The notes under the pieces were generated by a model that did not search any database, was not told the origin of the DNA, and was given only the letters and a program-made list of their open reading frames with translations. 64,000 nt of DNA from Octopus sinensis (taxonomy: Eukaryota), in assembly GCF_006345805.1 (NCBI RefSeq), contig NC_043010.1, forward strand, positions 7,998,001 through 8,062,000, given 5' to 3'. Every line of letters starts with the position of its first letter. Position 1 is the first letter of the stretch. This document shows positions 25,651 to 38,410 of the stretch, piece after piece. A program made the translations under genes and the position numbers.

Positions 25651-26457
25651 GGACATTCTAATTTCAGAGATATTTCTTTTGGTGGAAATCACATGAACCT
25701 TCATATATTCTTATCAACCATATCTAAAACAGTTATTTATGAAACAGTTTGTACAATCTCTTTGGGAACATTCAATGCTATTGTTTTATTTATTGCTTGA
25801 TTGAGTCAGACCAAAATTCAATGTTCTGTTATTATTTATATTTGTGCAATAGCTTCAAATTTTGTTTCTTTATTTTGTGAGGTTGTTTTTTTGTTTGTTT
25901 GTTTGTTTTGTTTCCATTTCCATTTTCATTTTTTTTCTTTTTTTTTGGTTTTCGTTTTTGTTTCTGCTTTTCTTTTGTTCATTTGTTTTTGTTTATCCTC
26001 ACTAATATCATAGTAAAAGAGAACATTATCAACAAATATTGATTCTATAAGCTGTTAATATCATTCAGCCCAGAAATTAAACTTGGCTGCTGAAAAAGAA
26101 TATTGTTTTGCAGTACATGAAGAATACTACAGATATGTCAATGGAGAAAAAAAAAAAAAAAAAGAGAAAATTAAAAGAAAAGAAAATACAACAACAACAA
26201 CAAAAACGAAACAAAAGAAAGAAAACGCTATATTTTCAAACACTGAAGCATAAAGTCTTAGTAAATATTGAAGTTATAACAACATTTTCAGAATTATTCC
26301 TGCTAGTCTAACATTGCATCATTAAACATTTTATTTAGAAGTCTAAGACTGAATGTTATGCTTGTAGTAGCAGCATACTAAATGTTTACATTAAAGACAA
26401 GCTTCAAGACAATCTAAACACATTCCATTCATGTTTGCAAATTTCGTTAAATGTCAG

Positions 26458-26604
26458 CTAATGCTATAAAGGCAAACAATACAGTGGGAAATATAACTTT
26501 CACAGAGACTGCTTTAATACATGGTTTTAACTATTTTACTGTCTTCATATTGACCAATGCTCAGGGGAGAGGCAATCTGGACAAAGCAACAGAAAATTAC
26601 ACTA
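26458..26604 (+). CDS. Weak candidate 147-nt phase 1-1 exon (fibronectin type III-like C-terminal half)
   Basis: CAG|...A|GTAACT; translation ANAIKANNTVGNITFTETALIHGFNYFTVFILTNAQGRGNLDKATENYT has three N-glycosylation sequons; a competing strong minus-strand acceptor lies in the same stretch. Confidence 0.22.
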
Positions 26605-26823
26605 GTAACTTTATACTTGTATTCATTTACTTGTCATAGTCGCCAGACTGTGGTCATGCTGGGTTACCCTCTTTAAGGGGTTTTTAGTCTCAGGGTTTTA
26701 GTTTCAGTGCTTATCTATTGATTTGCTTTTTATCAAATTGCTAAGTTATGCTTGTTGACACAACATCTGTTTTGAGCTTGTGCTTGTGAACATAAAATAG
26801 ATACAGACCAAAACACATACATA

Positions 26824-27208
26824 CGCGCAGGAGTGGCTGTGTGGTAAGTAGCTTGTTTAGTAGCCACATGGTTCCGGGTTCAGTCCCACTGTGTGGCATC
26901 TTGGGCAAGTGTCTTCTGCTATAGCCCCGGGCCGACCAATGCCTTGTGAGTGGATTTGGTAGACGGAAACTGAAAGAAGCCTGTCGTATATATGTATATA
27001 TATATGTGTGTTTGTGTCTGTGTGTCTGTCCCCCTAGCATTGCTTGACAACCGATGCTGGTGTGTTTACGTCCCCGTAACTTAGCGATTCTAAGTACTGG
27101 GCTTCCAAAGAATAAGTCCCGGGGTCAAGTTGCTCGACTAAAGGCGGTGCTCCAGCATGGCCGCAGTCAAATGACTGAGACAAGTAAAAGAGTAAAAGAG
27201 TAAAAGAG
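26824..27208 (+). mobile_element. SINE family A, full length with a small internal deletion
   Basis: Matches consensus. Confidence 0.88.
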
Positions 27209-28178
27209 AGAGAGTATACACAAACACCAAACACATACACACACACACCACACAGAGGCAAACATATGTGTTGTTGCAATGTCTCGCTGCATCCACCATT
27301 TGTCAGTATCTGCTATGGTCATCTTGGGCTATTCTCCAAACAGTGTCCCAGTCAATTACCATTTCCATAAAATACTTCCTCATTCTACTATGACCACGAG
27401 GCATGTAGCTGGCCAACACAAGTCATTACCGCCAGCCAGATCCCCAATCCTCTGAGAAGAGGTGTTTGGGATGCAGCTCAGAAAATTGAGCAACAGGATG
27501 AAAGAGTCTAAGCTTACATTCCCAAACCATACTAATAGCAAGATGCGTTCCAGTTTTTCAGTAGAGTTGTTTGTTGGGTGTAGAATCTGGCCAAGGGTAG
27601 CCCATAATTCTGTGAAGTGTCCTGGTACCAAAGGAAACCAGGCAGCCCTTAAGAGCTTCAGATAGTGTCCAAGTCCTACTACTGTTGAGCAGCTAGACAG
27701 GGTGGTCCAGAAACCTGAAGACCTGAACCTTCGTCCTCCTGCTCAGACACTGACAGCACCATATACCCTTATACAGTGAGTCCACAACTGCACCAACATG
27801 TATAGTATCTGAAATGTATAGTATCAAATATCCACCAAAGCTGATCTTACCAATCAGTTTTGTGTAAAGAATACAATGGAGTGTTAGGTAACAATTTGGT
27901 TATATAACTTTACGCTCATCAGAGTTAGCTGATATGGAAGGGAATATGGCAACTGGTCTCTATTGTTGGTGGTGGATTAGCACAGCCAGTCAGCTGCACC
28001 TGCACACCCTACTATTGATTGCAATCACAGATCCCTTGCCTTGATCCTTTATCAATGACCTTCCACCAATGCCTTCAGGCCAGGCAAAAAGAGTTTGACC
28101 AAGGCACATAACAATGCACTCATGTACACAAACACATCCCTATAAGGCAGACACCCCACAAAATAGAGTCAAACTGTT

Positions 28179-28428
28179 AGGGGGACAAACACAGACACAC
28201 AAACGTATACACACACACTTACATACATATATAAATATATTATATATATATATGTGCATATATACGACGGGCTTCTTTCAGTTTCCGTCTACCAAATCCC
28301 TCACAAGGCTTTGGTCGGCCTGAGCTATAGCAGAAGACACTTGCCACAGTTCTCCACGCAGTGGGACTGACCCGGGAACATATGGTTGTGAGCAAGCTAC
28401 TTACACACCACACGCCACTCCTATGTCT
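28179..28428 (-). mobile_element. SINE family A, head and middle
   Basis: Matches consensus. Confidence 0.8.
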
Positions 28429-28841
28429 ATATTTTTCTATTTTGGCTGTTTAATGCTAAATTCCTTGTCAAATTCTAATAAATGCTTGATTGAAGATCAT
28501 TTTCAGATATTGAACTTTTCTAAAACTAATGAGGAATATTTAGCAAGTCTTTTCTCGTTTCCGACCAAACTTTGACAATATCGCTGACATTTATATCCAT
28601 CTTTGAAATAAGAACAACTAAAAACTGAAATGGAAATTTCTTGCTGATAATATTGTTCTTTGAGCATTCAGTTTATCATAAATTGTTACAGTAAAGGAAG
28701 TTAGAAGAATATGGTAGCCTTTGAAACATCAAGTGCAATGCTGTATACAGTAGCAGAAACTGTTTATGAAGGCAAAATTCAACTTGTATTTGACACTGAT
28801 GTGTGTGTGTGTATGTGTGTGTGTGTATGTGTGTGTGTATA

Positions 28842-29055
28842 CAGGGTAGCCCAAAAGTAGGTTTACAGTTATTCAATTATCTCTTTCCCATGCATGTATC
28901 AACAGTTTAGATCTTAATTGTATAAAAATATGAATCCATTATTCTATGCTAATTTAATTAATTGTAAGATAGAAATTTAAATGTAATAAAATGTTTTAAA
29001 AACGAAATTTAAAGTGCCTACATGATAAATGTGAACCTACTTTTGGGCCATCCTA
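28842..29055. mobile_element. Tc1/mariner-type MITE
   Basis: TIRs CAGGGTAGCCCAAAAGTAGGTTTACA / reverse complement TAGGATGGCCCAAAAGTAGGTTCACA, TA flanks. Confidence 0.82.
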
Positions 29056-29082
29056 TATATATATGTGTATATATATATATAT

Positions 29083-29386
29083 ATCACGTGATCACGTGAC
29101 CGACCAGACCATCAGATGTTGTTACACATCGCTGGTCACAATGCATTCACATTGTTTTTAGCCCTCGAATGACGCCACCCCGCTGCTAAGCGAGCAGGCC
29201 AACAGAAGAAAAGAGTGGGAGAAAGAGTGGTGAAAGAGTACAGCAGGGATCACCACCCCCTGCCAGCCTCGTGGAGCTTTTAGGTGTTTTCGCTCAATAA
29301 ACACTCACAACGCCCGGTCTGGGAATCGAAACCGCGTTCCTGGACCGCAAGTCCCTGCCCTAACCACTAGGCCATTGCACCTCCAC
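29083..29386 (-). mobile_element. SINE family D, variant D2 (tRNA-like head + CORE-like + tail 2)
   Basis: Minus strand GTGGAGGTGCAATGGCCTAGTGGTTAGGGCAG...TTTCGATTCCCAGACC; tail ends GGTCACGTGATCACGTGAT; D2 tail fragments also at 17185-17290 and 52036-52138. Confidence 0.87.
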
Positions 29387-29425
29387 ACACACACACACAC
29401 ACACACCACACACATATATATATAT

Positions 29426-29477
<52 letters not shown>

Positions 29478-29827
29478 ATACATGTATGTGTAGTTTGTGC
29501 ATCTGTGTTTGTCCCCACCACCATCACATGACAACTGATGTTGGTGTATTTGCATCCCTGTAACTTAGTGGTTCGGCAAAAGAGAGTGATGCAATAAGTA
29601 CTAGGCTTACAAAGATCAAATCCTGGGGGTCGATTTGTTCAACTAAAGTCACAGTCAAATGACTAAAACAAATAAAAGAATATATATATGTGTGTGTGTG
29701 TATATATGCATGTATACACACAAATGCACACACACATCTATATATATATATATATATATCTATATACAATTAATGGAATGGTGTAGATAAAATCTAAGCT
29801 ACAGATTGATCCTTGGATCTTACCTTT

Positions 29828-29869
<42 letters not shown>

Positions 29870-30022
29870 TAAATTGGAGATAAAACCACTATTAGGCAAA
29901 TCAAGCAGTGAAAAACATAAACCAAAACATAGAAATAAAATATATATATAGTTGAGGTGTGTTCTGTTAAGAATGTATATGAGTACAAATAGGGCTCGTT
30001 CACCCTTAGAATTCCCAAATAC

Positions 30023-30069
30023 CTGGTAGTATTATTATGGTATGCTACTAATTCTAGTCTTAGGTATTC
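30023..30069 (-). CDS. Candidate 47-nt internal exon (EYLRLELVAYHNNTT)
   Basis: Acceptor TTCTTTTATTTTCACACACAAG| and donor CAG|GTATTT; frame 0 open. Confidence 0.28.
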
Positions 30070-30338
30070 CTTGTGTGTGAAAATAAAAGAAGCCACGGAT
30101 GTTGTCACATGGAAATCAAGATTTACTTATGGAGACAGCAACTGAGTGTCACCTGAGGAGATACATAGAGTTCTTCTTAGACAGGTAAATCGTTGCATAA
30201 TTTAATTTAAGCTTAACTGTAAATCCGGTATATACGAGGATCTGTATGTATCAAAACATTTGTAGCGATTAAAAAGCTGCCTAACTGAACTTACTCTTCC
30301 TTTTGACTCTTTTACTTTTACTTTTATATGTGTGAGTG

Positions 30339-30339
<1 letters not shown>

Positions 30340-30377
<38 letters not shown>

Positions 30378-30469
30378 GTATTTATATATTACATATATAC
30401 CTTTATATATATATGTAATATATAATAGTAATATATATATATATATGTATAATATATATAGTATATATA

Positions 30470-30500
<31 letters not shown>

Positions 30501-30649
30501 TATATAATATTATATATACATACATATATATAAAGGTATATATGTATATATATAATATATATCATCATCATCATCATCATCATCGTTTAACATATATATA
30601 TATATATATATATAATACATATATATATTATAATACATATATATACCTT

Positions 30650-30682
<33 letters not shown>

Positions 30683-30845
30683 CAAGCAAAATGATGATGA
30701 TGATGATTGTGGCGGGAACAATGAAAACAACAAAAGTGGTGGTGGTGGTGGTGGTGGGGTGGTGGCAATGGTTCAGATTGTGACAATGGTGATGATGATG
30801 GTGTAGAAGGAAGTGTAGCTATAGTAGCAGCAGCAGCAGCAGCAA
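30340..30845. repeat. (TA)n, (CAT)n, (GGT)n and (GCA)n compound array
   Basis: Direct reading. Confidence 0.9.
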
Positions 30846-31029
30846 CAGTGAGAGGAGATGGAGGAGGAAGAGGAGAATAAGCTAAAATGCTAAAGCTACG
30901 TAATATGGTTAAAGGTTTTGCTACCAAAATATGTTACAAGATTATGATATAAACAGTAAAAGTATTATTAAAATATCATTAACTCAAAATTCCACTATAT
31001 TTTCAGAAAAGTTACTAGTGAGTAATAAA

Positions 31030-31091
31030 GATGATGATAATAATAATAGTAGTGATAATAATAATAATAGTAGTCATAATAATAATAATAA
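31030..31091. repeat. (TAA)n array, first segment (other segments 32641-32717 and 33868-33905)
   Basis: Direct reading. Confidence 0.9.
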
Positions 31092-31490
31092 TCTTTATAT
31101 ATAAAAGCCAAGTTGTGTGTCTGTCTCCTACGATTTAGATTCCTAACTACTCCCACATTTTGTGGTGCAGTTTAACCAAAACTGGGTATCTTATAGTCGT
31201 GCTTCATATCAAGCCCTTCTGGGTATTAGCGCACGTCTACGATGAGTCTACGATTTAAAAAAAAATTTACCATCATTTTTTTCCATTTTAATGCACTTTT
31301 TTCGCTATTATATAAGGGAAGTAACCTCTCTAAAAATGTCTACGATGAGTCAACGATTTAAAAAAAAATTTACCATCATATTTTTTCCATTTTTAATGCA
31401 TTTTTTGCTATTTTTTGGCTATAACTCTTTAAAAATGCTTATATAGTTATTTCCCTTACAAACCCGAGCAACGCCGGGCGATACTGCTAG
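31092..31490 (+). mobile_element. Non-autonomous Helitron with an internal direct duplication
   Basis: A|TC...CCCGAGCAACGCCGGG-CGATACTG-CTAG|T; same family as 14119-14513. Confidence 0.87.
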
Positions 31491-31499
31491 TAAATAATA

Positions 31500-32290
31500 A
31501 AATACAGACATGACAAAGTAAGCAGTTATAGCCACTAGACAATATGCCAACATTACAACATCAAAACTGACAGCAGGTGGTATAAGCATGAGCCAATCAA
31601 GGTATAAGACAAGAGCCAGCCCACAATCATCTGGGATATGCCAGTTCAAACCAATAGAGAAATAAAATCTAATTGCTGAGACATAACAGTGAAGGATTGG
31701 GGGGGAAAAAAGACCTGCTTTCTGATAGACATTGCAGTCCTTTCTGATCAAAATATTGTCAAAAAAGAAGTGGAGAAATTGTCGAAGTACAAAGACCTTA
31801 AAATTGAAATAGTCAAAAATCTGAAGCATGAAGGTAAAAACAATACCAATAATAATTGGAGTATTGGGCATGAGAAAAACTCATGAGCAAACATGTGGAT
31901 CTTCAACATTATGCACTGTCCAGAAAATAGCACTGCTAGGAACAGTCCACATCCTATGTAAGACACTAGCAATCCAGTAATACAACCTAAACAAAACAAC
32001 CCACAAATACAAAATACACTCTATACAGCATTTATTCAATGAAATAAACTCCCACAAGCAAGCTAAACACTCACTACACAATACAGGTAGTAACACAACA
32101 AAAGACAGCACCACATCTCAGGCAAAAAAAGAAAGCTAATACAATAGAGTACCAGGAAGAGTTTGCACACTCCCAGCAGCAGGACAGAAAATACAATGCT
32201 GCACCCTCCCCCCCAGCAATATGGAGGTGTTATAGGTGATGCAGTAGAAATTTGCCTCAACCTGCCAAATATTGAACAGTTATATAATAA
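31500..32290 (+). pseudogene. R4/Dong-clade LINE 3' fragment (restriction-like endonuclease domain, ORF remnant 31500-31980, then 3'UTR)
   Basis: RHDKV...H*TICQHY...WYKHEP...IIWDMPVQTNREIKSN...KKTCFLIDIAV...KEVEKLSKYKDLKIEI...IPIIIGVLG...VQKIALLGTVHIL. Confidence 0.85.
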
Positions 32291-32292
32291 GA

Positions 32293-32640
32293 ATAATCCT
32301 TTCTGTTTCTCTATTACCCACAGGGGGCTAAACATAGAAGGGACAAACAAGGACAGACAAACGAATTAAGTCGATTACATCGACCCCAGTGCATAACTGG
32401 TACTTAATTTATCGACCCCGAAAGGATGAAAGGCAAAGTCGACCTAGGCAGAATTTGAACTCAGAACGTAAGGGCAGACGAAATACGGCTACGCATTTTG
32501 CCCAGCGTGCTACCGGTTCTGCCAATTCGCCGCCTTTCTAATAATCCTTTCTACTACAGCACAAGGTCTGAAATTTGGTAGGAGGGAACTTGTCAATTAC
32601 ATCGACCCCAGTGTTTCACTGGTACTTAATTTATTGATCC
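32293..32640 (-). mobile_element. SINE family C full copy plus an adjacent partial copy with an alternative tail
   Basis: 32293-32536 matches C; 32538-32640 has the C body with an ATAATCCTTTCTACTACAGCACAAGGTCTGAAAT tail. Confidence 0.85.
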
Positions 32641-32660
32641 TGATAATGATAATAATAATG

Positions 32661-32705
<45 letters not shown>

Positions 32706-32717
32706 TAATAATAATAT

Positions 32718-33128
32718 AAGAGTTTGACAAGCTCAGAAAATATAAAGACCTGCTCATTGAAATTGAGAAAATGTGGCATCTCAAGGCGGTTACAATACCA
32801 GTGATCGTAGGAGCACTAGGAATGATCAAGAAGGGAACCGAAAATTATATGAGAATGATCCCTGGCTTACCATCCCTGCAAGAAGTGCAAAAGATTGTCT
32901 TAACTGGTAAATCACACGTATTGAGAAGAGCATTGTCGATGTGAGAACTATTACTACCCATGTATTTTAATTTAACTTTATTTCTATCAAAAAAAAAAAA
33001 GAACGAACTAGTGAGTTTAGTTTAATGGCCTACCAATGTATACTATGAGTTTCTTTGCCCTAGGAGTTGGGAAGACACTCGGCAAGAAATGGAAGCAAAT
33101 TTGAAAGAAGAGGAAATAATGATAATAA
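32718..33128 (+). pseudogene. Second R4/Dong-clade LINE, 5'-truncated 3' end inside (TAA)n
   Basis: Uninterrupted 74 aa at 32720-32944: EFDKLRKYKDLLIEIEKMWHLKAVTIPVIVGALGMIKKG...LQEVQKIVLTGKSHVLRRALSM*; 3'UTR ends AATAATGATAATAA. Confidence 0.88.
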
Positions 33129-33606
33129 CATGAGCAGAAGTAGTAGGGGAGCATCACTCTCTTAGTATAAAAGATGGGCTACAGCAAATATTCTGCCCAA
33201 TACCTTAAGCAGTTGTGCATGTCCCTTAGTGGCTGATGATATGTACATCTCTGATCATGACCAGAAGTAGTGGGAAAGCATCATAGCTATATGCTGAGAG
33301 GGATTCTTTGGGGTTTGAATAATTTACCTCTAGGAAAATGGGTGTTTTGTTCATCATCCTTAAAGAAACCTTTTGAGTGGGATGGACTACTTGACCTGAA
33401 GAAAATTCTAACTGGGCCCCACCTGCAAGGTCATGCACTGTTTATCTTCATATGTGATATCTCCATGTCACACATATATGATGGTAATGCATGTGCCTGA
33501 TATACCTCATATACCTTATCAGACAGGTAGTCATGATGGGTATACTGGGTTTTGTAGACTTTACCCCTGTGTCACTTTGATAGCATGTGCTGCTCTCTCA
33601 CTCAAT

Positions 33607-33607
<1 letters not shown>

Positions 33608-33642
<35 letters not shown>

Positions 33643-33864
33643 TTAGCGTCCGCTTTCCATGCTAGCATGGGTTGGATGGTTCAACTGGGGTCTGGGAAGC
33701 CAGAAGGCTGCATCAGGCCCAGTCTGATCTGGCAGTGTTTCTACGGCTGGATGCCCTTCCTAACGCCAACCACTCTGTGAGTGTAGTGGGTGCTTTTTAC
33801 GTGCCACCCGCACAGGTGCCAGATGGGGCTGGCAAACAGCCACGGACGGATGGTGCTTTTTACG

Positions 33865-33867
<3 letters not shown>
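33608..33867 (-). mobile_element. Family B retroelement, 5'-truncated
   Basis: Near-identical to 23803-24040; AATAAT on both sides. Confidence 0.88.
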
Positions 33868-33905
<38 letters not shown>

Positions 33906-34378
33906 TCTTTCTATTAAAGGCACAAGGTCTGAAATTTTCTTGTTCTGTACTTTACCAGATGTAATAAGTTGTTCTGAACTTTTCCAAGTGTAATAACTTG
34001 TCCTGTAATTTTCCAGGTTTATAATCTGAAGAATATTATTTGTCTTGCTTGCATTTTTCCATGTAATCCATGTATTTTCCATCATGCTAATTAATAATGT
34101 GTCAAATGTGTCAATTAGCAGTGTCTTTGATAATTTTTTCCTTACCTCAATGAAGCCAGTGACATATATTAAAAGTCCCTTTATAGAACTAAATTGATAA
34201 AAAAAAGTATAGAACTATATTATCACCCTCAAATTTGAGAAACAAACACTCATGACTTTTATCTTTTAAAACTTCATTGCATGAGATTGATACCATGAAA
34301 TTCCTCAAATTAAGATCTATCATTCAAGCTTAATCAAAATATAGTTTGTTTTTAAAATAAAAAAAAGTTATTCTGTTG

Positions 34379-34611
34379 TGTCTGGGGAGAGTCATTTTCT
34401 CTTTGTGCCTTATAATTCAACACACTCACAGGTAAAATTTCCACTTATTTCTTATTCTTATTTTCCTAAAATTTTCATTGCATCTTGCAACCTTTTCAAT
34501 TGTCAAGACTATTGAAAATTTTAGGAAAATAAAAATAAGAAATAAGTGGAAATTTTACTGGTGGGTGTGTTAAATTATAGGGCACAAAAAGAAAATGACT
34601 CTCTCCAGACA
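34379..34611. repeat. Long inverted repeat (~97-bp arms, ~37-nt spacer), probably a pLTR-type palindromic element
   Basis: TGTCTGGGGAGAGTCATTTTC...AAAATTTTCA versus TGAAAATTTT...GAAAATGACTCTCTCCAGACA. Confidence 0.8.
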
Positions 34612-36853
34612 TGTGCTTCAACAGATGAACTCACATAAAGAATCTTGCAAACCAAATCCAAAAACGAAATAAAAATAGTTGACTATACTTAAATCCAAAA
34701 TTTTTTGCCTTACTCATATTTTTCATGACATTTTACCTCACAACTTTTCTGATACAAATTTTTGTTGCATGGGCACAAAACTATGAAATTCTTCATGCTT
34801 TCTTCTATCATTGAAGCTAAGATAAATATATATTTTTTTTTAAATAGAAGAGTTATTTACATCTAAACTTGATTGGTGGCATTACTTATTCTCCTATAAC
34901 GTTGCTACAAATTTTGATGTACAATCTTTTCTACTGGGTCAAATCTCATTTTTTATGCCAAAATGTAGCTAGGGACCAGTCCTTCTCAAAAACTGCTAAC
35001 AGTTTTTAATTTGGGTAAGAACTGTATTAGTGACAAATTCTGAAAGATGTAGCATATGAGTAAATTGTGGCCTTATGAATATTATTCAACTACTACCATA
35101 GTTGAATGATATATACTAATAAACAAATTAAATACTAATAAATAAATCATAAGAATCCTAGTTCAATAGCAAAAGATGGAATATTGATATAGAAAAGAAT
35201 ATGAAGAGGTTAGCTGATTAATACTCAGTCAGACCATATTACAAGAGTCAAATTTCACATGTCCAATTGCTTCAAACACTCCCATGGAAAATGAAGAATG
35301 TTTGTTAAACGAGAACTCATGAAGGTAGATAAGTTTCTAACGAAGAAGTGATGATCATATGTCAATAAGAAAAAGAAAGAGAGAAAAGAAAAGGAAGAAA
35401 TAACACAAGAGAATTCTTTAACAAAAGACACAACCTAACCTCAAAGGTCACCATTTATTGTGACCTGAGCATGCAAATTCTGTCAGTAATTTCCTTTAAA
35501 TGTGCTCCTAATTTTGGCAATGTTTGGTATCAATCTTGAACTTTTAAACTCCAGTTTAATTGCTAGTTTGAAATAGCTCTACACTTACTTGAAATATCAT
35601 TGTGATAATCTAGGTTATAATTAAATTGTTTAATTAATCTTTTCACATTATAACCTTGCTTACTCATTCATTTATAAAATCACAGGTTTACCTCTACCAA
35701 TAAATTACATCAATATATTACTTATCTTCAGTGAGTATTTTATTGATTTCGACCTATCTTTTGCACTTGGCTTCATCAGCTTCTACAGATTTTCAGTCAA
35801 GTTTTAGCATATTTAAAACTATTTGTATATTTTTTAATTACTCATGCATCTGACATTATTCAAAAAATACCAACCACTTCATTGACAAATCATTCCTGTT
35901 TAATTCACTGATATAATGACTTGATACTTGATTTCTTTTTTGTAAGTGTTACTTGTTACAACAAGCATCTACTTAGCACTATGCAATCTTTAATCTTTAC
36001 TCATTGCTACATGAGGCTCCAGCAGTTCGACTTACTCTACACAGTGTTGTTAGCTTCAGGTGGAGGTGATGCGTGGAGTCGTGGTTTTGAAGGAGGGGTA
36101 GAAAAAAATCATTAATCAACGAGGGTATTCCAGCAAAGAGTTCAAGAAAGAATAGTTTGAGCAAATTGGAAAGAATGAAAATTTTTTTCTTCCAAAAATC
36201 ATTCTTCCTCAATCACAAAAATATGGGGGAATGGTTAATGGTTCAGCATTTTTAACATAATATTTGCAAATTTACAGCTAGATTTTCTGTATCAAGGACT
36301 GCTGCATTTTAAGAAAAAATATATATATATCAAACTTCTTAGAGTCTTCATGAAATTGATTTAAGCCCACTTGTTGCATTACCCACGATAAAAGAAAGCA
36401 AAACTCACATATTGACAATAATGGTTATAAAGCTAATAGCTTCTTCAAACATTCAATTTAGTTGTTTGTATATCATGTTTCTTTATGTCAACCAATCATC
36501 CTTATACTTAACACAGAATATTTGTGTTTGTAGTATGAACAAATTACACACTTTAGAACAGTTGCTACTGGTTAGTTGAAATGATTGTCCACAGTTGGTA
36601 TGGAATATTAGTTTATAGTTTATTTGTTTTTAATATTGCAGCCTGTGCATAAGAGGGTCATTGGCTACAGGTTTACAATGAGCCAATAACTGGTTCAATG
36701 CACTTCTGACTGTGGTGAGAGTTACAAGGCAATATCTGCAATTTAGTATATCACAAGTGATTTGTTCCTAAAGCACCAGATTTTTTCTGTTTTCTTGTCA
36801 ATATTTATACCCTATGATAATATACTTTTATGAATTGGAGGGATGGAGGGACA

Positions 36854-36914
<61 letters not shown>

Positions 36915-37224
36915 TTTTCATCTATCAAATTCCATTCGCAAGGTATTGATCAAGCTGGAGTCATGATAGAGGACACTTGCCCAGGGTGTTACGCAGTAGT
37001 ATTGAACACGAAACCAAATGGTTGCAGAGTGGACTTCCCAATCACATAACTACGTCAGTGCCCATTGAATAGCTCCATATTTTGGAACACACTATCACAT
37101 GTTCATTGCTGTATTTTTATACATTTCAATCTCTATATGTATTGAGAGACAGGATCTGGCAGACAAAGACTGAAAGAAGTAGTCATAAATGTGTGTGTAT
37201 ATATATATATACACACACACACAC

Positions 37225-37370
37225 ATCATCATCATCATTTAATGCCCACTTTCCATGTTGGCATGGGTTAGATGGTTTGACTGGAACTGGTAAGCTGGAG
37301 GGCTGCACCAGGCTCCATCCTGACTTGGCATGGTTTCTACAGCTTGATGCACTTCCTAATGCCAACCATA
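37225..37370 (-). mobile_element. Family B 3' fragment
   Basis: (CAT)n tail and degenerate core. Confidence 0.7.
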
Positions 37371-37785
37371 TACATATATTCTTCCTTCTACTAGCATGGG
37401 ATGGAAACGTCTTGTGATAGCATGAAATTGTAACATTATCAGTAACTTCTTAGTCATGGTTAGCACAAGTGAAACCGGGCAACTATGTAAGTATTTTATT
37501 TCATGAATATATATATATGTATGAGTGTGTGTGTGTATACACACATGTATATTGTCAAACATAACATTTTTGTGCATTCTCCATGTGTTTTTATATTTTT
37601 CAAGCATATTTCGAAAAAATTATATATATATATCAATTTGGGCCATCTTCTTGAAGCAATGTGTGATTTGTCTGTTTTCTTACTTATCAAGGCTCAGCTA
37701 AATTAACTTTAAGGCTCATTGATTCCAGTCCATGCTTCCATGCTTGAAATTTCTTCTCTAGTTGTGAGAGTAATATATTATATAC

Positions 37786-37818
<33 letters not shown>

Positions 37819-38094
37819 TATATATACCATGTTTTTTCTTATTTTCTTACTGTCCAGTGTCCTTGTTTTTAAAATAGATATAACAATTAAACAGAGCCTG
37901 AGAGATTACTTTAAGATACATGGTGTATTTTATAAGTATGCCTGTTCAAGTATCATAATAGCATGAAACTATTATTAGTTCTTTCAATTGTGTAACTAAA
38001 TTGATATTTATCTCTTACTGGGTGGAGTACTTCTTTTGTTGATTTTACCTCTATTGGATCTTTAAACTAAATGTATATATACAATCAAAATCAA

Positions 38095-38410
38095 ATTACT
38101 GGCACTTGTGCTGGTGGCATGGGAAAAAACATTGAGCGAGGTCATTGCCAGTGCTGCTGGACTGGTTCCTGTGCGGATGGCATGTAAAAAACACCATTTG
38201 AGCATGGCCGTTGCCAATATCGCCTGACTGGTCCTCATGCCAGTGACATGTAAAAGCACCCACTACACTCACGGAGTGGTTGGTCTTAGGAAGGGCATCC
38301 AGCTTTAGAAACTCTGCCAGATCAGATTGGAGCCTGGTGCAGCCATCTGGTTCACCAGACCTCAGTCAAATTGTCCAAACAATGCTAGTATGGAAAGCGG
38401 ATGTTAATAA
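38095..38410 (+). mobile_element. Family B, 5'-truncated
   Basis: Tandem units, core motif, GGAAAGCGGATGTTAA end. Confidence 0.8.

Noticed and set aside
27280-28170. GC-richer unique stretch with hints of CR1-like motifs (FINDLP on +, LNFLSCIP on -)
   Set aside because: Too degenerate and strand-inconsistent to call; probably an old TE, needing tBLASTx.
33130-33605. Probable additional repeat families between the R4 fragment and family B
   Set aside because: Single occurrence in the window with no diagnostic motif, so not classified.
33915-34015. Apparent minus-strand exon inside ORF 33741..34085
   Set aside because: It is a decayed 29-bp tandem repeat (GGAAAA.T.CAG.ACAA.TTATTACA.T).
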